Below, piece by piece: positions 63,894-64,000 of a DNA stretch of 64,000 bases. Position 1 is the stretch's first letter. The number at the start of each line of letters is the position of its first letter. Both the position numbers and the translations under genes were made by a program. The stretch comes from Camelus dromedarius. Lineage: Eukaryota. Where the stretch lies: contig NC_087437.1 in the NCBI RefSeq assembly GCF_036321535.1, positions 3,286,001 to 3,350,000 on the forward strand, given 5' to 3'. The notes below the pieces were generated by a model, which saw nothing but the letters and a program-made list of their open reading frames with translations, searched no databases and was not told the origin of the DNA.

Positions 63894-64000
63894 TGAACGA
63901 AGGGTCATTTGGGTTTTTCTCCCAGGCCTCACACTTTTGGCCCTTGATGTAATTATGTACGGCCCCAAGAGTCAGAACCAGTGAGATTAGCTCCTTCAAG

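Overview
Mammalian genomic DNA, most likely camelid, judged by the tRNA-derived Vic-1-type SINEs and the L1 3' ends. The window lies inside CPNE4 (copine-4, + strand). Five internal coding exons (40066-40164, 45140-45226, 47180-47239, 55445-55578, 63806-63860) splice in frame and cover the end of C2B and the start of the vWA domain. The first 40 kb is formally one large CPNE4 intron. The main finding is that this intron appears to hold a heavily decayed, intron-containing dynein heavy chain pseudogene on the same strand (about 448-32520). Manual + strand translation gives fragments resembling the linker, AAA1, AAA2, AAA4, stalk, AAA5, AAA6 and C-terminal domain in the correct colinear order, all broken by stops, frameshifts and TE insertions. 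These alignments are by eye against dynein consensus recalled from memory and need HMM/tblastn confirmation. Other features are an 18 x 44-bp MIR-derived minisatellite, a 5'-inverted (twin-primed) L1 with nested insertions, a SINE-L1 chimera, two SINEs sharing a flank sequence, and ordinary L1/L2/MIR/LTR/DNA-transposon relics. The remaining ORF-track entries are treated as noise.
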